Assembly: GCA_965218435.1 (NCBI GenBank)
Contig: CBDCKW010000009.1
Span: forward strand, 3,168,001-3,232,000
Reading direction: 5' to 3'
Origin: Truepera sp.
GTDB lineage: Bacteria; Deinococcota; Deinococci; Deinococcales; Trueperaceae
Length of the DNA: 64,000 nt
Shown here: piece by piece, positions 39,683 through 50,045 of the stretch
Numbering within the stretch: position 1 is the stretch's first letter
Layout: each line of letters opens with the position of its first letter
Notes under the pieces: model-generated
Databases searched by the model: none
The model's input: only the letters and a program-made list of their open reading frames with translations
Told to the model about the DNA's origin: nothing
Position numbers and translations under genes: made by a program

Positions 39683-39691
39683 AAACTCCAG

Positions 39692-40516
39692 CTAAGAACT
39701 CAGCACGGGCGACCCGGAGAGTTGGGCTTCTTCTTCGACAAATTTGCGGACGAGGTAACGAACGACGCCGATGGAGCTGGCATCTTTGAGCCGCAGGAGC
39801 AGCGTGCCGCGTTCAGCTATTTTGGTAATTAAGAGGCTCTGCCCCTGAAAATCGAGGTGCAGACTGCCCAGCTCGCCGCCACTTTCTCCAGCTAGACCCA
39901 GATGCTCACCGAGCGCCCCGGCAACCGAGGCGAGCGTGCGGCTGTAGACCGCTAAGGTCGCGCCGTCGTCCAACCCGCGCCCGACCTGCGCCAAGCACGC
40001 GCCCTGAGCGTCGGCAAAAAGCGCGGCGTGAACCGCCGAGTTCTCGAGCAGCGCCGCCAAGAGGGTCTCGAGGCTTTCCGGCTGCCGCGGAGACGACGCG
40101 GGCACTTGCTCGGGCACATCACTGAGTTCGGTGTCAGCTTCGGGGGCGGGCGCAGCTGACGCGAGCGCCGCTTCGATCTTGGGAAACAGTTCCACCGGGG
40201 TAAAGGGTTTTTTGGCGATTCCAGCTGCGCCGACCTCTTCGGCCTGCCGCTCCACGTCGGCGTTGACGATCCCTGAAATGAGGAGCACCGGCAGCTGGCT
40301 GTAACGCGCGTCGGCTTTAAGCTCCCGGCAGAGCGCGAACCCGTCCATCCCGGGCATCACCACATCGGCAATCACGAGCGAGGGCTTGCTGTGAGCGAGT
40401 TTTTTCAGTGCCTCTTCCGCGCTGCCGGTGGCGATCACCTCGAGCTTACGCATGGACAAGATACGCTCTAAAGCTTTACGAACACTGACACTGTCGTCAA
40501 CTACAAGAATCTTCAT
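39692..40516 (-). CDS. Response regulator: receiver plus C-terminal Roadblock/LC7-like domain
   Basis: ILVVDD...IADVVMP...KKPF; Pro/Ala linker; AALFADAQGACLA...LLITKI...SSIGVVRY. Confidence 0.85.
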   Translation of the reverse strand: MKILVVDDSVSVRKALERILSMRKLEVIATGSAEEALKKLAHSKPSLVIADVVMPGMDGFALCRELKADARYSQLPVLLISGIVNADVERQAEEVGAAGIAKKPFTPVELFPKIEAALASAAPAPEADTELSDVPEQVPASSPRQPESLETLLAALLENSAVHAALFADAQGACLAQVGRGLDDGATLAVYSRTLASVAGALGEHLGLAGESGGELGSLHLDFQGQSLLITKIAERGTLLLRLKDASSIGVVRYLVRKFVEEEAQLSGSPVLSS

Positions 40517-40566
40517 CGGTCTCTCCTTTTGGCTGGTAACGGGCTGCTACACGGGTTAGGGGTAGC

Positions 40567-41343
40567 TCAGGCGGGAACCTGCTCGGTCTGTTCGGGGGTT
40601 TCGTCTAGGTTTACAGCGACCTGTAAGAGGAGCTTGTCTAAAGACGTGCGGATCGTTGTCGGTATTTTGGCCGGTAGCCCGTGGGCGAATAAAAACGGCG
40701 TCTGCGGCGCGTGGTGAACTCGCGCGAAGATGCGCTGGAGCGCGTCCTCACCGCTGCGCTCTAGTAGGGTCGCGTGACACAAGCGGCCCTCTTTGAAGTA
40801 GAGCGTGCCTTCTTGCTCACCGATCAAGACGACGAGTCTGCCCGTCCTTTTGCCTTGACCGAGCGAAACTACCAAGTCAAAAAGGGTGAGGGCCTCGAGC
40901 GTCCCGCTGACTTTGACCGCGCCGCTGCTATGGTCGCGCTCGTAGCTGCGCCGCAGGGGTTCAGGAGCAGTTTCAGCGAGTTTGCCCGAAACGAGCAGCA
41001 GCGACAGGGCTTCAGCAAGGATTTCGGTGGGCTCTGCGTGCGCCCCTAAGATAAGGTGATGGTCCGGGAGCACGAGGTCGCCGCCGGTATCGGCGAGCAG
41101 GATAAAGGGCACTTGGCGGAGCGTAGCGTCGTCACACACGAGGTCAAAAAGGTCATGGCCGCTCATATCCCCAAGCACCTCACTGCTCACAATCAGGTCG
41201 GCGCTCTGACGCTCGAGCCAGCTCAGCGCGTAGAGTGCGCCGCTCACGACTTCGAGCTCGAGCCGCTCAGCAAACACCATGCGGAAACGACCGAGCAGCG
41301 CGTCCAACGCGGCCGCGTCGGTCGTCGCCACGAGAATTTTCAC
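40567..41343 (-). CDS. Pseudo-receiver plus PATAN/DUF4388 domain protein
   Basis: Degenerate receiver (ILVATTD; LIVSSE where the phospho-Asp is expected); SGTLEALTLFDLVVSLGQGKRTGRL...GTLYFKEGRLCHA. Confidence 0.82.
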   Translation of the reverse strand: MKILVATTDAAALDALLGRFRMVFAERLELEVVSGALYALSWLERQSADLIVSSEVLGDMSGHDLFDLVCDDATLRQVPFILLADTGGDLVLPDHHLILGAHAEPTEILAEALSLLLVSGKLAETAPEPLRRSYERDHSSGAVKVSGTLEALTLFDLVVSLGQGKRTGRLVVLIGEQEGTLYFKEGRLCHATLLERSGEDALQRIFARVHHAPQTPFLFAHGLPAKIPTTIRTSLDKLLLQVAVNLDETPEQTEQVPA

Positions 41344-41373
41344 CTAACTCCTTGCGGGCGGCGGACGCGCATC

Positions 41374-44300
41374 TTAGTTCGCGGCCGTCCTATTCATACT
41401 GTCGGCCGTACCGACGCTGCGACCGGCCACCGCGCGGCTTAAAAAGCTTAGAAGTTTAGTTTCGTCTACGGGTTTGGTCAAGTAGTCCGTTGCGCCGAGC
41501 TCAAAAGCCAGCCGCATATGTTTTTCACCCGCGCGGGTGGTCATCACCAGAAGCGGCAGCTCGGCTAAATCCGGTTTACGGCGCACCTCTTCGATGAGTT
41601 CATAGCCGTTCATCCGCGGCATCTCGAGGTCGCTTAGGAGCGCGTCAAAACTTGTGCCTCTCAGCAGCTCGAGCGCCTCTAACCCGTCGGCGGCGGTGCT
41701 GACGCGGTAGCCTGCGCGCGTGAGCATCTTAGCGACGACTTTACGCACACTGATGCTGTCGTCAACTAAGAGCAGGTGACCCGACGCGACCGGCGCGAAG
41801 CTCTGGGGCCGAATAAAAGTTTGGGTGCCGGTACCTTGCGCGCGTCCGGCTAGGGCGCGAACCCCGGTCGGGTCAAGCATCAAAACGATGTCCCCCGACC
41901 CGGACACAGCAGCTCCGGCGAGGTGCGTCAAAGACTGCAGCGGCGCTTCAAGACCGCGCACGACCACCTCCTCGAGTTCTAAAAAGGTGTCTACCCCAAA
42001 CGCCGCTTTCGTGCCGCCGACGTCTAACAGCGCAAGTTGTACGAGCGGAGCCTCGAGTGTAGGCAAACCGAACAGCTCGCGTAGGGAGAAAAATTCGGCG
42101 AGTTGGTCCTCGACCATTACAAAGGTCCGGTCACCGTCACGGATAAAGTCACTTTGGGGCAGCGCCCGCAGAACCCGCACGGCGTCCGCGGGCAGCGCCA
42201 TCAGCTGCTCACCGACCTTTAAGGTGAGCGCTTCGGTAACGATCAGGGTTAGCGGCAGGGCGAGGGTAAAACGGGTACCCCGGCCCGGTTCACTCTGAAT
42301 GGCGACCTCGCCTTTTAGCCGCGCGATGTTGGCGGCGACCGCCTCCATCCCGACGCCGCGGCCCGCGTCGGTCGTCACCGTTTCAGCCGTGCTCAGGCCG
42401 GGTAAAAAGATCAGCTCCAAAGCTTCACGCGCCGAGAGTTTTGCGAGTGCTTCGGCGCTCAGCAAACCGCGCTCGAGCGCCTTAGCTTTTACCGCCGGGG
42501 CGTCAATCCCGCGCCCGTCGTCGGACACTTCGATATAGACGCGGTTGCCTTCGTGACGGGCGCTGACGCTGAGGGTACCTTGGGCAGGTTTGCCTGCTGC
42601 AAGACGCACTTCTTCAGTTTCGATGCCGTGAAAGGCGGCGTTTTTAACGAGGTGTAAAAGTGGGTCGGCGACGGCTTCTAAAATCAAGTTGTCAATTTCG
42701 ACCGCCTCGCCGCTCGCCCGGAAGTTGTACGATTTGCCCGGTACTTCGGTAACCAGACGGCGCAACCGGCCGAACAGCTGCCGCACCGCGACCATCCGGG
42801 CGCGGCCGACCTCACCCCGGAGTGAGCGGGTGAGTTTTTCAACCCCGTCGGTTTCTTCCCGTAACCGGCTCCCTAATTGACCGAACTGCGCTTGCACCTC
42901 GGCCAGGTCACTCGACATTTCGGCGACGCTGCGGGCCAAGATATTGAGGTCGCTGTACGAATCGAACTCGAGCTCATCAAACTGCGCACTTAAATCGAGG
43001 CGTAAACTCCGGCCTTGGGTTTCACCTTCCTCAGCACTGTTGCGGTCGCTACATTGCGGCAACGACGCTTGGAGGCGCGGGTTGAGGTAGCGTTCTTCAA
43101 ATTCTGAGACCGTCCGGCCCAAACGGGTGCGGCTGGCGTCTAACAGCTCGGTCAAGCTGCTGAACTGCCCGAGCAACCGGTCTACGCGGGCGCGCGCCGA
43201 GACGAGTTCGTTGGAGAGCGTCATCAGCGTGTCGAGTTTGGCCAAACTGACCCGGATAGTGCTGGCAGTCGGACCGGCGGTATCTCCGGTGGCAGCCGCC
43301 TGTGTAGCAACCTGCTGCTCGGGAGTCTCGGCAAGGGGTTCTAAGCGTGCCCAAAAGGTGTCCAGCGTGGTCGTTAAGGTGTCGTCACCTCCCTCAGCGA
43401 CGCTGAGCAGTTGCTCTAACACCTCGCTGCCGGTGGCAACGATCTCGGCGACAGCCGCGTCGAAGGGCAGCCCTTGTTCGCGCACCTCGATCATCAGACG
43501 TTCTAAACCGAGGGCGACGTCGGGCATCACCGGACAACCGACGGTTGCGGCGGCTCCTTTGACTGTGTGCGCCGCGCGGAAGATCAGGCTGACCTGCGCG
43601 TCGGCGACGCCCGCTTCGGAAATCATCTCGGCGGCGGCGCGAACCGTCGCCACGTGGCCCCGCACCTCGGGCGCGAAATGGGGCCAGATATCTTGGTTGG
43701 CCACGTAAAAGGCGCGTAACTCAGCCTCGAGGTCAGCTGAACCGGGCGCGGCTGCAGAAGCAGTTTTTGCGGGAGCTGAGCCTGCGCCTAAAGCCGCGCC
43801 GGTGACAGTCTGATAGGTGGGCTCGAGTCCCAAGTGCGTCTGCAGTTCGGTCCAAACCATCTGCGTTTTGCTCTCGACGTTGGTGGCGCGCCCCTCGGCG
43901 GCGGCGAGCATCAATGAGAGCGTGTCGGTACCGTCTTTTAGCACCCGCTGCGCCGCGTTATCAAACGCCGCGTCCCCTTCACGCACCTCGACCATCAGAT
44001 CTTCTAACAGGTGCGCGAGGTCACCCATAGGGGTCAGCCCGACCATATAGGCCGCCCCTTTAAGCGTGTGGGTCGAGCGGAACAGCTCGGTCAGGCGCTC
44101 GCTGCTGGCACCCTCGTCGCGCACCGCCTGCAGCGTCTCAGTTAAAGTTTCTAGGTGCTCATAAGCTTCAGGCGCAAAAAACTCCCAATCGTTTTGATGT
44201 TCTCTAAAAAAGCTGCGGAGCGTCTCGGTCAGGCTGAGCTGCGCCCCGTCAGCGGGGGCGCTTTCGGCTGTGCGCTGCGCGGCCAGTTTTGCGGCGCTGC

Positions 44301-44718
44301 GAAACGCGTCGCGGTTTTCGCGCAATAGGTCTTGGAGGAGCGCCGAGCCGCCTAAATAGTTGAGCTCGAGGCCCAAATCACCCTCAGCACGCCCTTCGGC
44401 AATCCGGGTCAACGCGTCTTGCAAACAGACCGCGACTTTTTCTAAAAACGCCCGGACCCGCCCTGTTTCAGCAGCAGGCAAGTATTTGCTCTGCGCCAGC
44501 AGACGTCCGGCAAGTTCGGCGAGGCTCGAGACTTGCGGGTAGCGGTAAAGTGCCGCGGTTCCCTTGAGGCGGTGGGTCACCACCGCCAGCTCTTTAAGCA
44601 CCTCGGGTTCAAAATCGCCTTGCAACTTGGCGGTTGCCGCTTCAAAGTGACCGAGCGCGTCCCACGCGTCGAAGATAAAGCTGTCTTGCAAGTCTGGCGG
44701 TACCGTCTCGGTCTGCAC
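41374..44718 (-). CDS. cheA: Hybrid CheA/ChpA-like kinase (3 Hpt, HATPase, CheW, receiver)
   Basis: HRLKG, HTLKG, HTVKG; HLVKNA, DDGRG, FLPGLST, GRGVGM; LLVDDS...SDLEMP. Confidence 0.95.
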   Translation of the reverse strand: MQTETVPPDLQDSFIFDAWDALGHFEAATAKLQGDFEPEVLKELAVVTHRLKGTAALYRYPQVSSLAELAGRLLAQSKYLPAAETGRVRAFLEKVAVCLQDALTRIAEGRAEGDLGLELNYLGGSALLQDLLRENRDAFRSAAKLAAQRTAESAPADGAQLSLTETLRSFFREHQNDWEFFAPEAYEHLETLTETLQAVRDEGASSERLTELFRSTHTLKGAAYMVGLTPMGDLAHLLEDLMVEVREGDAAFDNAAQRVLKDGTDTLSLMLAAAEGRATNVESKTQMVWTELQTHLGLEPTYQTVTGAALGAGSAPAKTASAAAPGSADLEAELRAFYVANQDIWPHFAPEVRGHVATVRAAAEMISEAGVADAQVSLIFRAAHTVKGAAATVGCPVMPDVALGLERLMIEVREQGLPFDAAVAEIVATGSEVLEQLLSVAEGGDDTLTTTLDTFWARLEPLAETPEQQVATQAAATGDTAGPTASTIRVSLAKLDTLMTLSNELVSARARVDRLLGQFSSLTELLDASRTRLGRTVSEFEERYLNPRLQASLPQCSDRNSAEEGETQGRSLRLDLSAQFDELEFDSYSDLNILARSVAEMSSDLAEVQAQFGQLGSRLREETDGVEKLTRSLRGEVGRARMVAVRQLFGRLRRLVTEVPGKSYNFRASGEAVEIDNLILEAVADPLLHLVKNAAFHGIETEEVRLAAGKPAQGTLSVSARHEGNRVYIEVSDDGRGIDAPAVKAKALERGLLSAEALAKLSAREALELIFLPGLSTAETVTTDAGRGVGMEAVAANIARLKGEVAIQSEPGRGTRFTLALPLTLIVTEALTLKVGEQLMALPADAVRVLRALPQSDFIRDGDRTFVMVEDQLAEFFSLRELFGLPTLEAPLVQLALLDVGGTKAAFGVDTFLELEEVVVRGLEAPLQSLTHLAGAAVSGSGDIVLMLDPTGVRALAGRAQGTGTQTFIRPQSFAPVASGHLLLVDDSISVRKVVAKMLTRAGYRVSTAADGLEALELLRGTSFDALLSDLEMPRMNGYELIEEVRRKPDLAELPLLVMTTRAGEKHMRLAFELGATDYLTKPVDETKLLSFLSRAVAGRSVGTADSMNRTAAN

Positions 44719-44728
44719 GTCAACCTCC

Positions 44729-46990
44729 TTAAGCGAGGCGAAAGCGGACTAAGCTCTCGGTCAGACGTTCGGCGAGTTCTTGCAGGTTCTCGGCGGCTTC
44801 CCGGCCCTGCACCACCCGGTCGCGTGACGACTCGGACAAAGTGGCCATCGACTGGACCGAACTCCCCACTTCAGAAACGCTCATAACCTGCGCTTCGGTC
44901 GCTTGTGAGATGTTTTGCGCAAACTGCACCGCCTGCTGCACCACCACGGCGACCTCTTTCAGGCGTTCCCCTGCTTCAGTGGCCACGCGGTAACCGGCCT
45001 CTACCTCACGGGTTCCCCCTTCAACCCCGAGATTCACCTCTTGCACCTCTTCTTGAATCCGTTTGATCAGCGCGTCCACGCGGTTGGTCGCCACCGAGGT
45101 GTCTTCGGCGAGCTTACGAACCTCGTCGGCGATAACCGAAAAACGCTGTCCGGCTTCACCGGCACCGGCGGCCTCAATCGCCGCGTTCAGCGCGAGCAGG
45201 TTGGTTTGTGATGAAATCCGTGAAATCGTCTCGACGATCTCCGAAATCTCCAAAGAGCGTTCACCGAGCGTTTTCACGCGTTTGGAAATCCCTTGCACCT
45301 CACGGCGGATATTTTGCATCCCGCCGAGCGTGTCGTCCACGGCTTTTTGCCCCTGTTCCGAAGCACTCAGGGCTTGCTGCGCCGCTCTCGCCGACGCTTC
45401 GGCGTCACGGGCCATCTGCTGAATCGAACCCGTGACCTGCACGACTTGGTTACGTGCCCGCTGCGCTTCAACCGCCTGCTGCTGCGCCCCGGTAGCGATC
45501 GCTTCCGTAGTTAAGAGCATCTCACCCGAACCGCTCCGCACCGAGTTCGCCGTGTCGGTAAACTCGGTTAAGACCAAACCGATCTCTTCAACCATCAGGT
45601 TGATCGCGTCAACCACGTTTCCGAGCACGTCTTCAGACACTTGCCCGCGCTGAGTAAAGTCGCCGCTGGCGATGTCCATGGCGACGTTCAAAAAGCTGCC
45701 GATGTTACTTTGCAGTTCGCGGTTACGTTCCAAAATCTCGGCGTCGGACTGCGCTTTAAGTTGCAGCTGTTTAACCGAGTCGTTAAACGCCGCCGCGAGC
45801 ACCCCGAGTTCGTCGGTGGACGAGACGTTGGCGCGGGCGTTCAGGTCACCTTGACTTAAACGTGTCGAGGCGGTAAAAAGCTGGTTGATCGGCCTCGAGA
45901 TACGGTTGGCAACCGCAGCAGAAAGTAGGAACGCGAGAGCAGTCGCAAGCGCGACGAGCGTAAGTGCGATGAGCTGCGTTCTGCGCAAGTTGGCGACGCG
46001 GGCTTCCAAAAGGTCACCAAGGACGTTAAAACTGGTGTTATGCAGGGCGGTGAGGTCGGCCAGGGCCGAGTTCGCGTCCCCGTTAAGGGCGCGGGGACCC
46101 GGCAGTTCGGCGGCCTCGAGTACGACTTGTTTGACCCCGACAATATAGGTGTCAACCGACTGCGCAACTCTGGCAACCGGCGCGGTTAGGGCCGCTGCTA
46201 AATTAGGATTGGCCTGGACTGCGTAGGCGACGTCTTGCTCTACCTCTCTTAGACCTCTGGTCGCAAAGGCCAGCTGCTGGCCGATAAACGCCCGTTCCGG
46301 CGCGGTAATTTCGTTACGGTAGAGGACGCTGTTGGTACGGTCGAGAACCGTGTTAAGGGTAGACTCGAGCTCGAGCAACCGGTTGACCGCCAGGCTCATG
46401 ACGTAGTAGCTGTCTTGGTCAGGGTCAAGAATCAGGTTCGAGGCGTTGCCAACGTCGCTAAAGAGACGCGGAATATCGACGCGCAAAAGGTCGAGGTGTC
46501 TAAAGGCGTTTTGCCCGACGGTGCCTTGAGCGGCTTTTTGCTGAATCTCTGCCCACGCTGCGGCGAGCGCCCCAACTTGTTCACGGGTCCCGAACTCACC
46601 GCCGTAAAGCTGGTCTACGCGGATAAGGTCGGCGAGCGCCGCGTCTACCCGGGCGCTGGCTTCGGTCTGCTGCGGCAAGGCGCTGTCGTCACCACGTAAC
46701 ACCCGGTCGGACACCGCGAGGTGCTGCTCGAGCGCGACGAGCAGCGCTTTGGCCGGTTTGAGGTACTCGGCTCCGCGAATCTCTTTTGCGCCAAAATTGA
46801 TGTTTGTGTTTTGCGTGTTGATCAGGAGCCCCACCACGACAAACAAGGGGACGACGAAAGCGGCGGTAATGAGCAGCAGCTTTTGCCAAATCTTGAGCGA
46901 GCCTAAAAAGTCTTTGGCTTTAGGGCGGCCTCCGGGTGGGCTTTGGGGCAGGCGGCGAGCCGGACGTGGGGGGCGTTGAGGGGTGTCCAT
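44729..46990 (-). CDS. Methyl-accepting chemotaxis protein (PilJ-like)
   Basis: Two TM helices, periplasmic domain, HAMP ([11 protein letters not shown]), [20 protein letters not shown]. Confidence 0.95.
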   Translation of the reverse strand: MDTPQRPPRPARRLPQSPPGGRPKAKDFLGSLKIWQKLLLITAAFVVPLFVVVGLLINTQNTNINFGAKEIRGAEYLKPAKALLVALEQHLAVSDRVLRGDDSALPQQTEASARVDAALADLIRVDQLYGGEFGTREQVGALAAAWAEIQQKAAQGTVGQNAFRHLDLLRVDIPRLFSDVGNASNLILDPDQDSYYVMSLAVNRLLELESTLNTVLDRTNSVLYRNEITAPERAFIGQQLAFATRGLREVEQDVAYAVQANPNLAAALTAPVARVAQSVDTYIVGVKQVVLEAAELPGPRALNGDANSALADLTALHNTSFNVLGDLLEARVANLRRTQLIALTLVALATALAFLLSAAVANRISRPINQLFTASTRLSQGDLNARANVSSTDELGVLAAAFNDSVKQLQLKAQSDAEILERNRELQSNIGSFLNVAMDIASGDFTQRGQVSEDVLGNVVDAINLMVEEIGLVLTEFTDTANSVRSGSGEMLLTTEAIATGAQQQAVEAQRARNQVVQVTGSIQQMARDAEASARAAQQALSASEQGQKAVDDTLGGMQNIRREVQGISKRVKTLGERSLEISEIVETISRISSQTNLLALNAAIEAAGAGEAGQRFSVIADEVRKLAEDTSVATNRVDALIKRIQEEVQEVNLGVEGGTREVEAGYRVATEAGERLKEVAVVVQQAVQFAQNISQATEAQVMSVSEVGSSVQSMATLSESSRDRVVQGREAAENLQELAERLTESLVRFRLA

Positions 46991-46998
46991 AAAAACTC

Positions 46999-47437
46999 CT
47001 ATTCGTAAACTTCAGCTTCCAGCCGTGGTTCGTCGGAAGCTGGGAAAAGGGCGTTGAGCAAAAGCGGAAAGCTGAGCAAGATAGCCAGAATCAAAAAGAA
47101 GTCGAGCGACAAAGACACGCCTGAACTCGAGAGCACGTCCAGCTCAGCCGAGGCGGGAAGCGCTGTAAAGCGGGCGGCGGCTATGCCGACGTAGTGCAAG
47201 AGCGGAATCGCCGAACCCACCACTGCAGAGACGATCAGAGTACGGTTGCGGATATTACCAAAGCGGCTCGAGGTCATCGTCCACAAACCAAACGAGCAGA
47301 TCACGACCGCGACGACGACCGAAACTCCGACCATCGGGAGGCCAAAGCCCAGCGCCGCGTTCATCCGCATAGCGACGATCCATGAGATTGCGACGAGGGT
47401 CGAATCGTGTGACAGCGAGGTGCGCAGCGTGATTCAT
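46999..47437 (-). pseudogene. Degenerate MHYT-domain membrane sensor
   Basis: MNHAAHLAV, then after a frameshift HDSTLVAISWIVAMRMNAALGFGLPMVGVSVVVAV...LLHYVGIAAARF; only part of the MHYT repeats remains. Confidence 0.6.
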
Positions 47438-47565
47438 AACGGGTTGTCTCTACTTTCTTGATAGTTGGGTTGCTAAAACTTTTGTAACTGGTTTTTGCGC
47501 CCAGCTGTTTGCGTTCGGCTGTTTGTAGCTGGCTCACAACTGCGTAGCCGAGACCGTAGGCCGTA

Positions 47566-48006
47566 TTAGGCCGCTACGAGCTGACGCTCCAAAGTGTTCA
47601 TCACTGCTGCGACGTCGAGCAGGACAGCTTGGAGGTCGCCGTGCGTCACTGTGCCCCTGCTAAACGCTTGCACTGCGGGGTCAGGTTTGCCGGTGGTGGT
47701 TTTGTAGGGAAAAAAGCCGAAAACTTCATCTAAGTAAAAAGCCGACGGGTGTCCTTCATAGTCAACCAGCGCGGCTCTACTATTTGTCGGCACCGGTGCC
47801 GCGGGCAGCTCGAGCAGTGGGCGCAGATCAATCAGGGGCAAGATTGCGCCACGAACACTAAAAAGCCCGAGCAGTTCCGGTCCGACCCTGGGAACCCGGG
47901 TCAAGTTGTTGACCACGACAATCTGACGCAAGTATTCGCTCCCGAGCGCGAGCCGCTGCTCGCCCAGGCGAAAGTAACAAGCCCGCTGAGAGACCGTATA
48001 GCTCAT
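47566..48006 (-). CDS. cheW: CheW-like coupling protein
   Basis: LTRVPR..PELLGLFSVRGAILPLIDLR. Confidence 0.92.
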   Translation of the reverse strand: MSYTVSQRACYFRLGEQRLALGSEYLRQIVVVNNLTRVPRVGPELLGLFSVRGAILPLIDLRPLLELPAAPVPTNSRAALVDYEGHPSAFYLDEVFGFFPYKTTTGKPDPAVQAFSRGTVTHGDLQAVLLDVAAVMNTLERQLVAA

Positions 48007-48018
48007 GGATAGCCCACT

Positions 48019-48378
48019 CTAGAGCTGTTTCCTTACCGCAGCCAGCACGGACTCAGGCGTAAAGGGTTTGGTTACATAGTCCACAGCACCTTGCCGCAAC
48101 CCCCAACGAATATCGGTGTCTTCGCCTTTTGAGCTGACCATAATGACGGGCACCGTTTTGGTCGCGCTCTGGCGTTTGAGGCCGCGCAGCACCTCGTAAC
48201 CGTTCCTTTCAGGCATCACCACGTCGAGCAAAATAAGGTCGGGCGTATCTTCGCGGAGTTTGGTTTCAGCGCCGGTTCCACTCGAGAGTGTCTGAACACG
48301 GTGCCCCTCACCTCTTAAAATTGATGCGAGCATGTCAAGGGTTGCCGAGGAGTCGTCAATCAGCGTAATTTTTGCCAC
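48019..48378 (-). CDS. Single-domain CheY/PilH-like response regulator
   Basis: ITLIDDS, LLDVVMPERNGYE, WGLRQGA.DYVTKPF; GTG at 48378 with AAAGGA RBS. Confidence 0.93.
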   Translation of the reverse strand: MAKITLIDDSSATLDMLASILRGEGHRVQTLSSGTGAETKLREDTPDLILLDVVMPERNGYEVLRGLKRQSATKTVPVIMVSSKGEDTDIRWGLRQGAVDYVTKPFTPESVLAAVRKQL

Positions 48379-48814
48379 AGAATTCCTTTCTGATAGCGCC
48401 ACCACCCAAGCGTGTGTCAAGGGTGTGGCGGCTCGAGGCACTACGGCCCCCGTGCCCTTACTATGAGGCGCGGTGTGACCGTTGCACTGTTAAAAACTTC
48501 GTCTAGCTTTAAGCTAGCGAGTAAAGTAAAAATTCTTACTGTGGTTTGCCTGGCCGCTCAAGCTAACCGGATTGACGGCGTGCCGTAGGGCATAAGTCAG
48601 AATGAAGAACTCAGACGTGGGTGCTTGACCGGGAAAACAGGGGCTCGAGCGCAGTACGCCCCACCAGTGTTAAACCGGTGAAGCTTGATTTTTCACAGCT
48701 CTGAGCGCCCAAGCCTCGTATAACTAGGGTCGGGGTACCGCGCCGCGCAAGTACCGGCAACAACCAGCTAGCGAGCGCCAGCCGGGTAACGAATGCCAAA
48801 GATGGGTAGAACCT

Positions 48815-49429
48815 ATGACGACGCACCTGCACTACGCTGCCAGCACCTACGTCTTTCGGCTGCTCGGCCGCGGGCGCGCGGGCGTGCAGCGCCTGCCCGG
48901 TAGCGCGTTGGGTGGGGCGCTGGCGGCTCTCCGTGAAGCGGGGCAAAACGCACTTATCGAAGTTGAACTCCCGAACGGCTCGCTAGGGCGGCTACTCGTT
49001 CAGGTCGGCCGCCCGGTATTTGCCCAGTACGAAAGCAAGCTCGCAGAAGCGGCGTTAGCGGAGCTTGGGGCGGGTACAGCGGAGGCGCACCTCTATCTCC
49101 TCAAACTCAGCGACGAGCAGATCATCTTTGCCTGCGCCGCCCTGAGGGGGATTCCCTTGGCGCTCGGCGAAACACTGCCGACAGAGACTGAACACTTTTC
49201 GGCGCTCCTGACGCAGCTCGGGCAGCAGAGGTTTACCGGCGTGGTGGCGCTCGAGCAGGGCTTACAAACCCTCATCTGGCGGTTTCAGCGTGGCCGCCTC
49301 CTTAATAACGCCGAGCTTCCCGGCAAGGTAAGAGCAGGCCGCTTGACCCAACTCGTTTGGCAAGAGCAGTTGCTTCCAGAAATCGGCGAGCCCGAAGCTC
49401 TACAGGAACCGCGCAAACTTCAGACGTAG
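48815..49429 (+). CDS. Hypothetical protein with two PATAN/DUF4388-like repeats
   Basis: ALREAGQNALIEV...GRLLVQVGRPVFA and LLTQLGQQRFTGVVAL...RFQRGRLL; divergent from the che operon. Confidence 0.6.
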   Translation: MTTHLHYAASTYVFRLLGRGRAGVQRLPGSALGGALAALREAGQNALIEVELPNGSLGRLLVQVGRPVFAQYESKLAEAALAELGAGTAEAHLYLLKLSDEQIIFACAALRGIPLALGETLPTETEHFSALLTQLGQQRFTGVVALEQGLQTLIWRFQRGRLLNNAELPGKVRAGRLTQLVWQEQLLPEIGEPEALQEPRKLQT

Positions 49430-49478
49430 CATAGGCTTTGGCGCAAACTTCAGCACAGGTTTCGGCATAGGTTTCAGC
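49411..49478. repeat. Degenerate 12-bp repeat array
   Basis: GCGCAAACTTCA (twice), GCATAGGCTTTG, GCACAGGTTTCG, GCATAGGTTTCA. Confidence 0.7.
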
Positions 49479-49685
49479 TAAAGCTGCTAGTCCGGCGCAG
49501 CTCGAGCCGATACGGGCAACGATTTCACCTACGTCACCTACGTCACCCCCGCCACTCGCGCCAACGCGGGCTAAGACACAGGCTCATAAGGCAAAAGCTC
49601 ACACCGTTCAAAACCCGGCTTCACACAGTCGAGCGTATCGCCGGGTCAGCGGCTGCCAGGGACTTTAGAGACAGTTTTTGAGTAG

Positions 49686-49734
49686 TAGGTTTTAAGCAAT
49701 AGGTTTTAAGCGGTAAGGAGTGAGAAGTTAGAAG
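49686..49734. repeat. Heptamer tandem repeat x7
   Basis: TAGGTTT TAAGCAA TAGGTTT TAAGCGG TAAGGAG TGAGAAG TTAGAAG. Confidence 0.7.
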
Positions 49735-50045
49735 GCAGCTTGCCCGGACAAATGGCGTTTTTCGCGCACCTATGCCGGTAAAAGTAAAGGTTGATAGGGC
49801 TCCGTACCAGAGCGCCGAATACCGGAGCACCGAAGAATATCCGCTTGAAACGACGGTTTAGTCAGGCGTCTTTACCCATGTAACCAAAACCTCAACATGC
49901 TTAAGAAGATAGACGGGCCCTTTCAAACTGTGACTTGACCCGAAAAACGGCTCTAAAAGAGCGTCTACGATAGGGTGTCACGGCTTAGGAATGTGACGAT
50001 CAGTCACAAAAAGATAGACCTGGCAAGCCACCATCTGGAGGAAAT

